Below are positions 37,118 through 49,860 of a stretch of 51,887 nt of DNA, in pieces; positions within the stretch are counted from its first letter, which is position 1, and each line of letters starts with the position of its first letter. Source of the DNA: Octopus bimaculoides (taxonomy: Eukaryota); contig NC_068986.1 in NCBI RefSeq assembly GCF_001194135.2, positions 81,910,916 to 81,962,802 on the forward strand, in the 5' to 3' direction. Below the pieces are notes generated by a model that made no database searches, was not told where the DNA came from, and saw only the letters and a program-made list of their open reading frames with translations. Position numbers and translations under genes: made by a program.

Positions 37118-37210
37118 ATCTATCTATCTATATATATATATATATGGCTGAGGGCTAAGAAGCTTGCTTTTTATATATGTGTGAGTGTGTGTCTAAATAT
37201 ATGCATATAT

Positions 37211-37262
<52 letters not shown>

Positions 37263-37334
37263 ACACACACATATATATATATACACATATATATGTATGT
37301 ATATGTATATAAACATGTACGCGTGCGTGTTGCT

Positions 37335-37668
37335 GCTGAGCCCCGCCTTCGGTCATGACTGACCATGGGATTGCACCTAGAAAGTTACCCTCTCAGGCAC
37401 AAGTCCGGGCAAGGTTGTTTATGGAAGACCAGCAGTCGCCCATGCATACCAGCCTCCCCTCTCCACGCCATCAGTGTTATACAAGGGAAAGGCAAAGGCC
37501 ACTTGGCACTTGTGATGTCACAACTCATTTCTACAGCTCAGTGAACTGGAGCAACGTGAAATAAAGTGTCTTGCTCAAGAACACAACACGCAGCCCAGCC
37601 CGGGATTCGAACTCACAACCTCACGATCGTAAGCTCGACGCTCTAACGACTGAGTCATGCGCCTTCAC
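37335..37668 (-). mobile_element. SINE-C-type element
   Basis: Minus-strand head aaggcgcatgactcagtcgttag ... gagttcgaatccc and gtgttcttgagcaagacacttt; the 3' part differs from 31428-31680. Confidence 0.75.
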
Positions 37669-40600
37669 ATATGCGTGTGGGTGTCTGTATATATATATAT
37701 ATATNNNNNNNNNNNNNNNNNNNNNNNNNNNNNNNNNNNNNNNNNNNNNNNNNNNNNNNNNNNNNNNNNNNNNNNNNNNNNNNNNNNNNNNNNNNNNNNN
37801 NNNNNNNNNNNNNNNNNNNNNNNNNNNNNNNNNNNNNNNNNNNNNNNNNNNNNNNNNNNNNNNNNNNNNNNNNNNNNNNNNNNNNNNNCATACAAGAATA
37901 AGGGCAGGGAATCGTCAATTAATAATAGAATTAATAATTAACAATTTTGCCAAGTAGTTCAGTATGAAAAAACCTTTATCGGTAAAACCATTTATCATCA
38001 TAAATATACAGGGATTAGCATTGAGTTGCTTCTCCAACATACTGAAAATTTAGAAATAGCAGTCAAAGAACTACTGATTCTAAACTACAAATTTTTCTCT
38101 AAACGGATGGCGATATTTATGGCACACATAGAACAAAAAACCGGAGGGAAAAGCGTAAACAAAACAAGTCTTTAGTTAATTGGATACGAATCGTTTCATG
38201 GTTAAGCGAATGAAAATTTCACTATTCCAATCTTCAGCCCAAATATTCTGATAAATTTGAAAGTGTCTATATATATATATATATATAGGTGTGTTTGTTA
38301 TATGACATAGTTACACAACAAAGTGTTTATATCGTATAAATACGTCATGCTATATGATATAACTACAAAGTATCTATGATATATTTACTCAATAAAAGAA
38401 TGCAAAATCCATTCTGGTTTCAGTGCTTTATGTATTGTTACATAACCCACCATTAACATAAATACTCAAAGCTTTTACTATATGGGTTTCCAACATGATT
38501 TACCAAATACTTATTTCAGAGGAAATCTATATTCTTTACGTGATAAATCACAATAAAACCAAAACTGTAACGCTTACTATTTCGGAACCATTGAAGTAAG
38601 AATTGGTTTCATCAAAGAAAATTTAGTAAATTCTACTTCAATGGATTACTTCCATAATTGTTCCCTTAAACCGAAGTGTTTTAAATAACTGCATCTTTGT
38701 AATCAAACTCTATCAAATCCGTTGTCTTGCAAAAGTGTCATCGTCTCCCCATTCTACCTGAAATGACTTTATCACGGACCATACACTCAGAACTGATACT
38801 CCGTATGAAGAACCCCAATCGCTCCACTAATTATATTTATCAAAGACCAAGAGCTCTCTGTTGGTGCTATTTATTAAGAGCCAAACATTTAACGTTGATT
38901 ATATTCACTGATATGGAAAAGGTATAACTGCCTGCTGAAGATGATAATAATAAACAATATGTTTACTGCTACACTAGCTATACTTGTATCTCTAAAAAGA
39001 TTCTCTTTGACAATATCATTACGTGAATATCATTTCAGAGAAAAACAATGTTTAATATGCAGTTTACCGTCATAGAAAGTGAAAAATAAATTGTCCTATA
39101 AAAACATTTGCGATAGAAACCGGTGGTGATGTCAGTAACATCCCCATATTTCATGTAAACAAAGTCTGTGACAATATCTTACCCATATGTACGTTAGTTG
39201 AAATATTATTGATAGAGTCAAACGGCTCTTCTCATAAAAGAAACTGGCTCATATATTCCGAGTGAATCCACAGGGACAACACCACCGTTTCCCCATTAAT
39301 AGAGGAAGATTTTTGCATTGCTCAAATATAACTACGTTGGCCATCATGCGTCGACATGCAAGACACCGAATTGCTTTTTCAGTAGTGTCCGTTGCTGGGC
39401 ATAGTACGTCGGAACGGTGTGCCTCAGCTGCTATTTCTGAAACTGTTTAACACACTACAAGAATTTACTATACATGTAGGTCCTTGTGGTCGTGTTTTGA
39501 TCTCCGGTTTTTATCACAATTTACTTTCAACCTTTTTTACGACAATAAATTCTTATATATGGAAACAACATAGCTACACTTTCATTTCTTGCGAAGAATC
39601 CTCAATTTAAGCAATATTTTTCATTACGCACACGCGCACACACACATACACACACATACACATACATACATACATACATACATACATACATACATACATA
39701 CATACATACATACATACAGTCATATTCAAACATATTAAGAGAAAGAGAAACAGAGAAACAGAGAGAGAGAGAAAGAGAGAGAAAATTATTGATAGACAGA
39801 AAGAAAAAAACAACAGGAATAGGTCGAGTGAAGGTCACACACAGGTAGAGAGGAAAATAACGAGAAAAGTCTAGAAGAAGATAGCACGAAGAAAATGAAT
39901 AATGTAAGGTAGTTTAGTGGGGGAAAAACAAAACGGAATTAATTCTTAAGAAGAAGAAAAGATAGGAAAAGAAAAAGTATAAAATCAATGTTTGGCAAAA
40001 AGAGTTTCCAAACTAAGGTATTATTCCTCCCTTAAGAAATAAACTATTCAAGCAATTTCATGAGTTTGCCATTTCATCCTCCAGAAGCTCCCTAGATTAG
40101 CGACAAACTCGTAAAGTCAGTCATAAACAAATTTCACTTGAATATTTTTAACCTTGTGTCTGTATGAGAAATCTCGTTTGGCTTACTTGATGAATTGCAG
40201 TTCTCAATTTGAATAACTGAAATCTATTTTATACTCAAAGGACTCTAAATCAACGAATGAGGTTTCTTTACGACGGGCAGGGTTAATTTGCAATAAATAA
40301 ATAAAATAACATGTCTACAAAAATATATAAAGTGAAACTATTATGCAGAGCAAAATAAATCGCAGCAATTATATAACTAAATGATATGATATAATGTTTA
40401 TTGAGATGCTGCTAGTAAAACTGATTTAAAATATTACTGCTAGTGAGTGGTTTGTGAAATGAAATAACGTATAGGTTATCTCTATTAAAATATAAACTGA
40501 TAAACTGTGCTATCACTTCATAAAAGATGACGGCAACATCGATGATATAAATATTTTATTATTATGGTGGTATAGAATAAACTATTTTCATGGCACACTG

Positions 40601-40843
40601 AAATGAACTCGTCTTTAATCATTAGCTTCTGTCGTCGTTGTTGTTGTTGTTGTAGTCTCGTCAGCTCTGATCGAGCAAACCCATGTTCAAAGGCATTCCA
40701 ACCGTGAGCATCTCGGACAGCATTATCTAATGTGTCATATCCTTACTTAAGGGGCCGGTTGTGTTTTGAGGGGAGTTTGGCTGTTATCTTTAGAAGATCA
40801 ATTAATCAGTCTAAGTTCTTTCATTGGGACCAATGAGACCAGC

Positions 40844-40877
<34 letters not shown>

Positions 40878-40974
40878 TATATGTGTGTGTATATACATAT
40901 ATTAAACCTACGAATAAAGAATAATGTTAGTAATTTTCTCGGAAGAGAGTTAAGGATTAATCAACTCAGGCAGC

Positions 40975-41266
40975 GGATTACACAGAGATGAGTAATTGGC
41001 CGTTGCCTCACACGCCACTGGGCACTGTTTAGATAGATTTAGCAAAACAGTTCATAACCACCTTTTAAACACTAGGCCTAAAAATTGCAAACTTCTTAGA
41101 TGTCACTGTTAACTTAGACACAAACACATTTAAGCACCATAACAAGCTCAATGAACAAAAGACCAACAATAACATTAATTCTTATCACCCACCTATAGAT
41201 TTTAAAAATGTAGTCAACAAAATTATCAGAAGAATCTTTAATCTCTCTTCTCAAATAGTGTTTTAG
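40975..41266 (+). mobile_element. Penelope-like element RT relic (YRDD type)
   Basis: GLHRDE*LAV ... LDRF ... GLKIANFLDVTVNL ... NSYHPPIDFKN ... RRIFNLSS matches GLYRDDGL ... GLKI ... NFLDVTxNL ... SNHPP ... RISxLSS. Confidence 0.8.
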
Positions 41267-41385
41267 CAACTTCAAAGACAATGTTTAGTGCGTATATGTA
41301 TCTAATGATGCAAATAAACAAATGAATACGCTTGGGCCTGATATATAAAATGTACATAAATGTATACATATAAATATATATAGGT

Positions 41386-41454
<69 letters not shown>

Positions 41455-41904
41455 GAGAGAAAGAGCGAAAGAAACAAAACTGAAAATATGCAGATGAAAA
41501 TTCATGTATAAGCATACAGATATTTATATATTTACAGAACAGATTTATGTGGAGTACAAAAGATACAGAAAACTAAGGCCTAGTATTTCAGGTCCAACAG
41601 CTGTTTCTGGGGGATCGGAGTTACCTAATAATTGTAATGTTAGCAGACAGAATGTGTAAAAGTCAAGAAAATGCAACCTGCAGTGGCTGCATCTAAGCAT
41701 TACCGTATATCCGGCCTCCGTTTTCACGGTGGCGCACCATCCTCTCTAAGAAGGTATCCCGCAATATTATGCAAATCGCAACCACGTATTTTTAGACGTA
41801 CAGATTAATGTAGCTATAAGCTTCCTGATACCGCAAAATTAAAATTAAGAGATGCATGCATTTTGAAGTGGTTATCTCCTCTTCAGACATAGAAACCGGA
41901 AAAG

Positions 41905-42139
41905 CAAGGCGGTGAGGTGGCAAAAACGTTAGCACGCCGGGCGACAATGCTTAGCAGTATTTCGTCAGCCGCTACTTTCTGAGTTCAAATTCCGCCGAGG
42001 TAGACTTTGCCTTTCGTCCTTTCGGGGTCGATAAATTAAGTACCAGTTACGCACTGGGGTCGATGTAATCTACTTAATCCCTTTGTTTGTCCTTGTTTGT
42101 CTCCTCTATGTTTAGCCCCTTGTGGGCAGTAAAGAAATA
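41905..42139 (+). mobile_element. Young full-length SINE-A, variant tail
   Basis: Perfect 14-bp TSD agaaaccggaaaag at 41891-41904 and 42140-42153; same tail as 34220-34439. Confidence 0.92.
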
Positions 42140-42320
42140 AGAAACCGGAAAAGAAGTCGCTGCGAACTGACACGTGAGACAAGTACTTCTTATGATATTC
42201 CCGCCATCGTTCAGTGATTGGTTGCGCCATTCAGCGGTTCACTGTGAATAAAATACGGAGTGGCAGCGCTAAGTAGTGATGTGTATACGTGCATATGTGT
42301 GTATATATAAACACGCGTGC

Positions 42321-42385
<65 letters not shown>

Positions 42386-43234
42386 CAAGCACACACATGT
42401 ATATATGGTGTTTTAGCAAATTAATCGAATCTGCTTCTATATTAAAAAGAAGCACCAATATTTCTTTGCAGTCTTTCGTCGTACCTCACAGACCGATTCT
42501 ATTCAGATAAATCTCCTCAGAGTTTGGTCTCCTAAAACACCAAACGTCATTCAATTTATAACACTCTTCACTTCATATTCTCCAATATTTTTCTCCAGCC
42601 AAACCTTTCACTAATATTCTTCACCACATTCCATTAACAATTCCAACCAAACAACGAAATTTTTTAAATCACAGTCCTCTCTCCAATGCTCCCCATTTTT
42701 TTTTATATTTCGTCATACTTCTTCTTTTCAATTTAGATCTTAGTGTTGCTAATATTTGACTTCATTCTCGCGGACTCTACACATCGATTCAAAGCTAATA
42801 ACAGCCACTATTTTCTCGGTTCTTTTTCTCTGCAGTTTAAAGATATATTAATGTTTTCTATTGAAGTAAAATAGGACAAGAGCTATGGAGTTATCAAATG
42901 CCAGTGATCTGCGATTGACGTCAATCAATATTAGAAAATTCGGCCGTTCTGCCTTCGTATTTTCAAATTCTTCTCCATTTGTATTCTCTCACTCGCCCTC
43001 CTTTTACTCTGCTCTTTCAGCTTCTATCTTTCTCTTTCTTCCAAGTATATTAATCCCCTCCTCTCTCTCTCTCAATCCCCTCAATCAGTTCTTCTCTTTC
43101 TCTTTTTCTCTTTTTCTCTTTTTCTCTCTTCTGTATATCAATCAGTGAGATGTATATCGCTGACGTATTTGGATGATTTATTCAACAGAATTCTTTTGCA
43201 TTCTAAATAATCTTTTCATTTTCTTTTTCATTTC

Positions 43235-43299
<65 letters not shown>

Positions 43300-43393
43300 G
43301 TAACAACAACAACAACAACAACAACAACACCAGCTCTTTAAAATATAGCTTTGTAGTCGTCGTCATTCTCAACATCAAGATCCTTCCCCTCTA

Positions 43394-43427
<34 letters not shown>

Positions 43428-43924
43428 CTTGCTGAATCCGGTTAATATTCTGATTCACATTCTATTGCCCTCCCCGACACCGTCTTTACCTTTTCATTCC
43501 GTTTAATCTTTCAAGGAATATTGTAAAATGTCTGTTGCATTCACTGGCATTTCTACATACAACATATACATTGATGACAGCAAGCTAGAGCAGCGACAGC
43601 GTCATCGACACCATCAGCTTCGTCTTCATCGTCAACTTCGCCGGTTTTGTCAATATCATCACCATCATCAGCATCACCATCGTTACCAGCCACCACTTTC
43701 ATCACCACCAGCCTCCTCCTTGTCTTCCTCCTACGCATCATCATCATCATCGTCATCATCGTCATCATCATCATCATAATCATCATCATCATCATCGTCA
43801 TCAGGAGCAACAGCAGCAGAAGTATCCTTCATTTTTCTTCCTTTTATAAAAGAAAAAAAAAAACAGCATACAACAACAGTTGCAACAACACCAATACAAT
43901 ATTAGCGACGATAACAACAACAGC

Positions 43925-43974
<50 letters not shown>

Positions 43975-43990
43975 CGACAAAATCAGTAAC
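43235..43990. repeat. Series of (AAT)n, (AAC)n and (CAT)n microsatellites
   Basis: Read directly from the sequence. Confidence 0.9.
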
Positions 43991-44059
43991 GATGCTTCGA
44001 ACTGAGCCTCTTGAGGAATTTCGTGCTGTCCAAAATAGTCTTTAACTTTGATCCGACAA

Positions 44060-45173
44060 TGACACCTGTTTGACCTTTGCCTCAAACACCTTACAGAAAA
44101 ATTCTTGAAGGCACATACAAGTCATAACAAATTAAGATCAAATTTTATGTGCAGCAGTGGAAACAATACCATCCGGGGGTTGACCAATGGTTCACTATTA
44201 CAGTTGTTCTTCCACATACCGCGATTCTTTGCTGTCCCAAAGGCAAAAATATCAGGGTAATTTGATAAAATCGCCTTAGAGACCCATCAAGCGTGTTGCC
44301 ATTTTGATGTCTCCGATAACCTCCCATCTATACTCATCATACTTCAAAGTATCAAGCAAGGTCTTGATGCTGTTGTGCTCTTCTTTGAGCTGCATTAAGT
44401 GAGCCAGAGGTGATGGATACATTTTCGATGATGGTGCAGCACGACTTTGAGGCTTCGGGATGAGTTATCAATGAAGAAGCGCCCCTCATTTGGGTTACAG
44501 GTGATTCCGATTGCTTGGAGCTGAACAGTAACACTAGAAGCAGAAGCCATCCCGATGAGCGAAGAATTTTGAAAAACCGATATGACTCTTTCTTTGGTTT
44601 GTAACTTGCACACTTTCAACTAGCCAATTCCACTGCTTGAGCCTTTGTGAAGCCCACATCTTTGATCAAGGCAGCGAGTTCATTAAATCTGGAGCCCCTT
44701 AGCTGCGCCTCTGAAACTACAATCTGTGTCTTTATCTTCTTCCTCATGTTCAGTTGTTGTTCTGAAAACATTTGCTTTCCCTATTCGGCTCAGTGGATGC
44801 TGGGAGCTCAGGGCAGTGTGGTGCCGATGCGATGGATGATGGGAGGTGCGGATACATATCAGTTGTAATCTTGTCAGCCTGACGTTTGGAAGGGTCCACA
44901 TGCAAAAGTAGCGATTGCTTGAGTAAGTAGTGGTTTTCAGCCAAATTTTTGAAATAACAAACTTCATGACTGTCTCTCCCTTCTGTGCCCTCATGCAAAA
45001 GAGTAAAATAAAATTGTTAGTGAGAAAGAAATTTATTCATTTTATCCGTGACTAATGTGTAAAATATATTTCATATCCGATATATTTTTCTATAACCCTG
45101 GAAATTATTATGATTATTTTGCTATTCAAGCAAGCAAAAAATCTGTAGCGTACATTTTAGCGTTTTTACAGTG
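44060..45173 (-). mobile_element. 3'-truncated DNA transposon with decayed transposase (CMC superfamily, Chapaev3-like)
   Basis: MKFVISKIW ... SSNRYFCM; CNPNEGRFFIDNSSRSLKVVLH; LKEEHNSIKTLLDTLKYDEYRWEVIGDIKM ... YFCLWDS; putative 5' terminus CACTGTAAAAAC at 45173. Superfamily assigned from recalled motifs. Confidence 0.75.
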
Positions 45174-45241
45174 TTCGTACGTGAAGTAAACTGGCCAGAG
45201 TTAGTCTTGATTCCCGACAGACTTAAATACTGTTGCCAGTA

Positions 45242-45883
45242 TTTAATGATCTCTAGTGTTGCCAGTGGAAAAAATAAGGAAGTTGTTTTTTAAAATCTGT
45301 TTCTCTGAAGCTCGGTTTTTAGAAGATCTTGTGTTGGAATAGTTATGAGACGGTTGTGTCAGAAGAATTGTATGAGAATGTTAGGGCTCTGTCTTTTGTG
45401 TACTTGCAATGTATATGATTTGAGATGTGAGGAGGTCGTCTAATGTATACAAAGGTGGGAGGACAGATATTTGTGATACTGCATTTGGGATATTGAAAGC
45501 ACTGGAATTGTTTTTCGCCCTCTACATAGTCTTAGAGATCTGACAGGCAGATTGTTAGGTAGATTGTTAGTCGGTGATTTAGTGAAGAATGTGTGTTGGG
45601 GTGGGCGAAAAACAATTCCAGTGCTTTCAATATCCCAAATGCAGTATCACAAATATCTGTCCTCCCACCTTTGTATACATTAGACGACCTCCTCACATCT
45701 CAAATCATATACGTTGCAAGTACACAAAAGACAGAGCCCTAACATTCTCATACAATTCTTCTGACACAACCGTCTCATAACTATTCCAACACAGGATCTT
45801 CTAAAAACCGAGCTTCAGAGAAACAGATTAAAAAAAGACAACTTCCTAATTTTTTTCCACTGGTAATACTAGAGATCATTAAA
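45242..45883. repeat. Long inverted repeat: arms 45242-45520 and 45603-45883, 82-bp spacer
   Basis: The arms are near-perfect reverse complements, with a few transitions and small indels at the outer end. Confidence 0.97.
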
Positions 45884-46009
45884 CACACCCAATCACGTTA
45901 TTCAACGACATAAATACTGAACGCACGTGCACACACATGTTGTACAAGAAGATTAAAAGTGACATGCAACCCTTACAACATTCGCAGTATATATATTTTC
46001 TATCATTCA

Positions 46010-46290
46010 CTTCATCCAGTCACTCGACGGTGGCTATGGTGAGTCACTACCTTACAGAGTAAAGTCAGAGAAATTGATCCCACTGCTTATTTTTTCTGAA
46101 GCCTGGTATTTATTCCATCGGTCTCTTTTGCCGAAACCGCTAAGTCACGGGGACATACAGTGGGGATATAGAGAAACATTAACACGCACATGGTCGACGG
46201 GCTTCCACACAGTTTCTGTCAGCCAAATTTCCTTCCGAGTTGCCATGTGGTTGTAAAGCGAGCTTCTTAATCACACAGACATGCATGCGC
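46010..46290 (-). mobile_element. SINE-B, internally deleted and diverged
   Basis: aagcctggtatttattccatcggtctcttttgccgaaaccgctaagtcacggggac ... ccatgtggttgtaaagcgagcttctt. Confidence 0.75.
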
Positions 46291-46710
46291 CTATATACAA
46301 AAAAGTAAAGCAAACATATTTAGAACACATGCAAGTACCATATTTGGTAATATATTCAGCCAATGGAAAGAAACAATAACAATGATGTTCAAACAATATG
46401 GTGTACCACATTAAATTACTCCATTACATTAATACACTATTTGAATCCTTTAATTTTGCATGGCTTTGTCATAGAAGAAATGGATATTGTCATATACTAT
46501 TTCCTGATTCTCTTAAATTTTAGCAGTACGACTCAATTCTTTTACTGTATCAGTTATTGGTCTGAAGACAGAATTTCTGCACTAGCGTACTTAAAAAAAG
46601 AAAAAAAAAACGAAAATTAATAAAATTTGAGAGGGTCTGTAAACTGGAAACCCCTCCTCCACCACCACCACCACCACCACAACCAAAAACTGTCATTGTG
46701 ATGGAATAAT

Positions 46711-46924
46711 CCTTTCTACTATAAGCACAAGGCCTGAAATTTTGGAGAAGCGGGCCAGTCGATTACATCGACCAAAGTGCTTAACTGGTACTTATTTCAT
46801 CGACACCGAAAGGATGAAAGGCAAAGTCGACCTCGGCAGAATTTGAACTCAGAACGTAAACGCGGACGAAATACCGCAAAGCATTTTGCCCGGCGTGCTA
46901 ACGACTCCGCCAGCTCGTTACCTT
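46711..46924 (-). mobile_element. SINE-A, full length
   Basis: Flanked by attgtgatggaataat / attgtggtgaaataat (14 of 16 identical), a probable TSD. Confidence 0.9.
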
Positions 46925-47315
46925 ATTGTGGTGAAATAATGAGCTCTATGGATCATTGATGAAGAGTTTCCAACGCCAGTGTCTAAAACACACTTTCAGT
47001 TTAAGAGCTATTATGATTGGACGGACAGAATATGTAGCCACATGCTAATTTCAAACCATATCTATATAATTCATACGTTACAAATGATTAAGGTATCTGG
47101 GACAATAAAATCTTTAAAAACTTAAATTTAAAGAGCGAATGGTTGTGTGAAAAATACCATGGTAAAAAGAATAGGACACATTTAATGTGTATTCTTTATA
47201 GATGTGTTTCCAAGTAGACAGCTGGTCAATAAGCTTTAAATGTTCAATCAAGAAGAGGAAATATACATGTATATATACAGACTATATCCTCATATTTCAT
47301 TTATGCACACACACG

Positions 47316-47386
<71 letters not shown>

Positions 47387-47597
47387 ACACACACACACAA
47401 GTTCATAAATATCAATTGAACAATAGACATAGAGAAGAGTTTAAACTCCCATGATGTACCTAAAATTGTGTTTATGTGAGACATCTGTGAAAGCCTGTGC
47501 GCATTTGTTCGGTAGTTTTCCCACGAGTTATAAATATATTGTTACAACCGTATACAGCGTGTCGAATTTACTAAAATATACACAATGCTATTCTTAG

Positions 47598-47642
47598 GAA
47601 AGATTGTTTTGAAATGAATTTAGACAATATTTGTGATGTGGA
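47598..47642 (+). CDS. Weak candidate 45-nt exon
   Basis: ctattcttAG acceptor, GTAAGT donor and one open frame (KDCFEMNLDNICDV); short enough to arise by chance. Confidence 0.2.
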
Positions 47643-49227
47643 GTAAGTCCATACTTTCCGATATAAAACATATCACTGAAAACTCTCAATCAAATTACCT
47701 GCTAATGAAAATACACAAAACAAGATTTAACTATATGGAAAGAAACACACAACAAAAACTATGAACTATTATGAAGGTCAACAGCCAATTAGTTGGGAAT
47801 ATTTTATTCAAATTTAGTAAGAAAGAGAAAATTGACTATACTTTACCCAGATCATGCATTCACATTTTGAATCTATAATTACTGGTGAGGTTGGTAGGTG
47901 CTTATCCTTTGTAAAAACAATACCCTTAAAAAATAAGTGTTTCGGGAAAAGAAAGCAACAAGAATTTTTGTTACTTTGCTAAACCAACGCGCTACTGAAG
48001 AGAATAGAGAGAAGCATCCCTTCTCATGTGAAAAAGATTTTCTTGTCCTTGATATTTAAAGCTGCACGGTTTTCTTGATCTTCTTATCAGTTCGAAAAAA
48101 AAAAGAGAAAGAAAAAAGACATATCCCAGAAGATTGTCACGAGCCGTTATCTTGTACCGTGTCTAGCATGTTTACCTCTTCTAGTCAGTCTTTACATGGC
48201 ATTGCTCTGTGAGTGCAGCTTCCAACTGATCCGTAATTGTTAACAGACTCAGGGTTGGGCAAAGACTGGACAATCAAAGATGATTTCGACACGTGTCTCA
48301 TTATTCTCATTTCATAGTCAGCACTTCCAGTAAGCGTCTTTGCTCATTATTTTATTTTTGTACTAATTTGCGACCAGATATTTGTCATGTGCAGCTAAGA
48401 TAATACATTCTGTTACTGGATTACCTGCTGAAGAAAATAGTGTATACAAGATTTAATTACATGGAAAGAAACACATAACAGTTGATGCAGTTGAAGGCAT
48501 TCATTCTGACGGCTTTTTATTTTTTTAACTTGTTGTTTTGTCTTTATCCAAATCCTTCTTTAATACAGTCTCCAGTTAATTTTATCGTGTGTGTGTGTGT
48601 ATGTATGTGTATATATGAATGTATGTATATATATGAATGAAAGTATGAATGTATTAGAGTTTTGTCATATTTCCTTATATTTATCAGCTTCTCTGTGTTT
48701 AGTAGTTTTCTGTCAATGTCTTATCCTTATAATGATCGGACAAGGTATATTCCGTTAATAGCAGCATTCAGCTGTTAGTAACTTCCTGATTTTATTTTAT
48801 TTATTTTTGTTCTTTGTCAAAGCACTTCAATTCCATGTAATAATATGGGACTGAATAATAGTTTCAATATAATAAACAGGAATAAATTCAATTTTTTTTT
48901 ATATTGAAACTATAGTTTATATATCTGGTATGGATGATATATTTACACGTATTATTTTATTTCTAGTATTGTGATCAGTTTTTTTACACTGTCTGACTCT
49001 TTTGTAATATTCATCGTTACTTTCCTTCCATGTCGCATCATAATTTCATCTACTCTTAAGTATTTGTATGAACAGTCAAGTTTATTTCTCAAATTCGTTG
49101 TTTCTATCTAATTTAATTTAATTTTCAGTTTTAGTTAACTTGACACAATTGCTTATCGAAAGCACTTTTCTATATTTTGGTTGAAAGTTTTAGCAGATTT
49201 TCTAACCGGATTATTATTATTATTATT

Positions 49228-49690
49228 GAGTGAGAGAGCAGTGCATGCCATCAAAGTGACACTGGGGTAAAATATACAAAGCCCAATATACCCATCATGA
49301 CTACCCGTCTGATAAGGGTACACCAGGCAGATGCATCACAACCATATGTGCGCGACATGGTGATCTCATATCAAGATAAACAGTGGGGCCCAGTTAGAAT
49401 TTTTTTCAGGTCGAGTAGCCCATCCCGCTCAAAAGGTCCCTGAATAAGATTTGTTTAAGGATGTTGAGCAAAACACCCATGCTTCCAAAGGTGAATTATT
49501 CAAANNNNNNNNNNAAGGGACATGCTCAACTGGTTAAGGTCAAACAACTGACAAGCAAATCTGTGGTATTAAGCAGAATATTTGCTGTAGCCCATCTTTT
49601 ATACCAAGACAAAACAACGTACATGATAACACTTCCAATCAATTAAGATCAGAAGCCATGAGAGCCACTGCCTGGTACTGCATCAGGGCA
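49228..49690. mobile_element. Second copy of the (ATT)n-flanked ~560-bp repeat, in opposite orientation
   Basis: Reverse complement of 515-1072; internal 10-N gap and a short deletion. Confidence 0.85.
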
Positions 49691-49693
49691 TTA

Positions 49694-49764
<71 letters not shown>

Positions 49765-49860
49765 GGCCTAGTGGTTAGGGTGTTGCAATCATGATCGCGA
49801 GATCGTGGTTTCAATTTCTAGACTGGGTGGTGTATATGTTCTTGAGCATAACACTTCAAA
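49765..49860 (+). mobile_element. SINE-C 5' fragment
   Basis: ggcctagtggttagggtgttgcaatcatgatcg ... gttcttgagcataacactt. Confidence 0.7.

Noticed and set aside
39262-39450. GC-richer segment open on both strands (...RCLACRRMMA...)
   Set aside because: No motif match and no convincing splice sites.
42154-42280. CpG-richer patch with CACGTG and ATTGG as a possible promoter
   Set aside because: Short motifs expected by chance; no linked transcript or exon.
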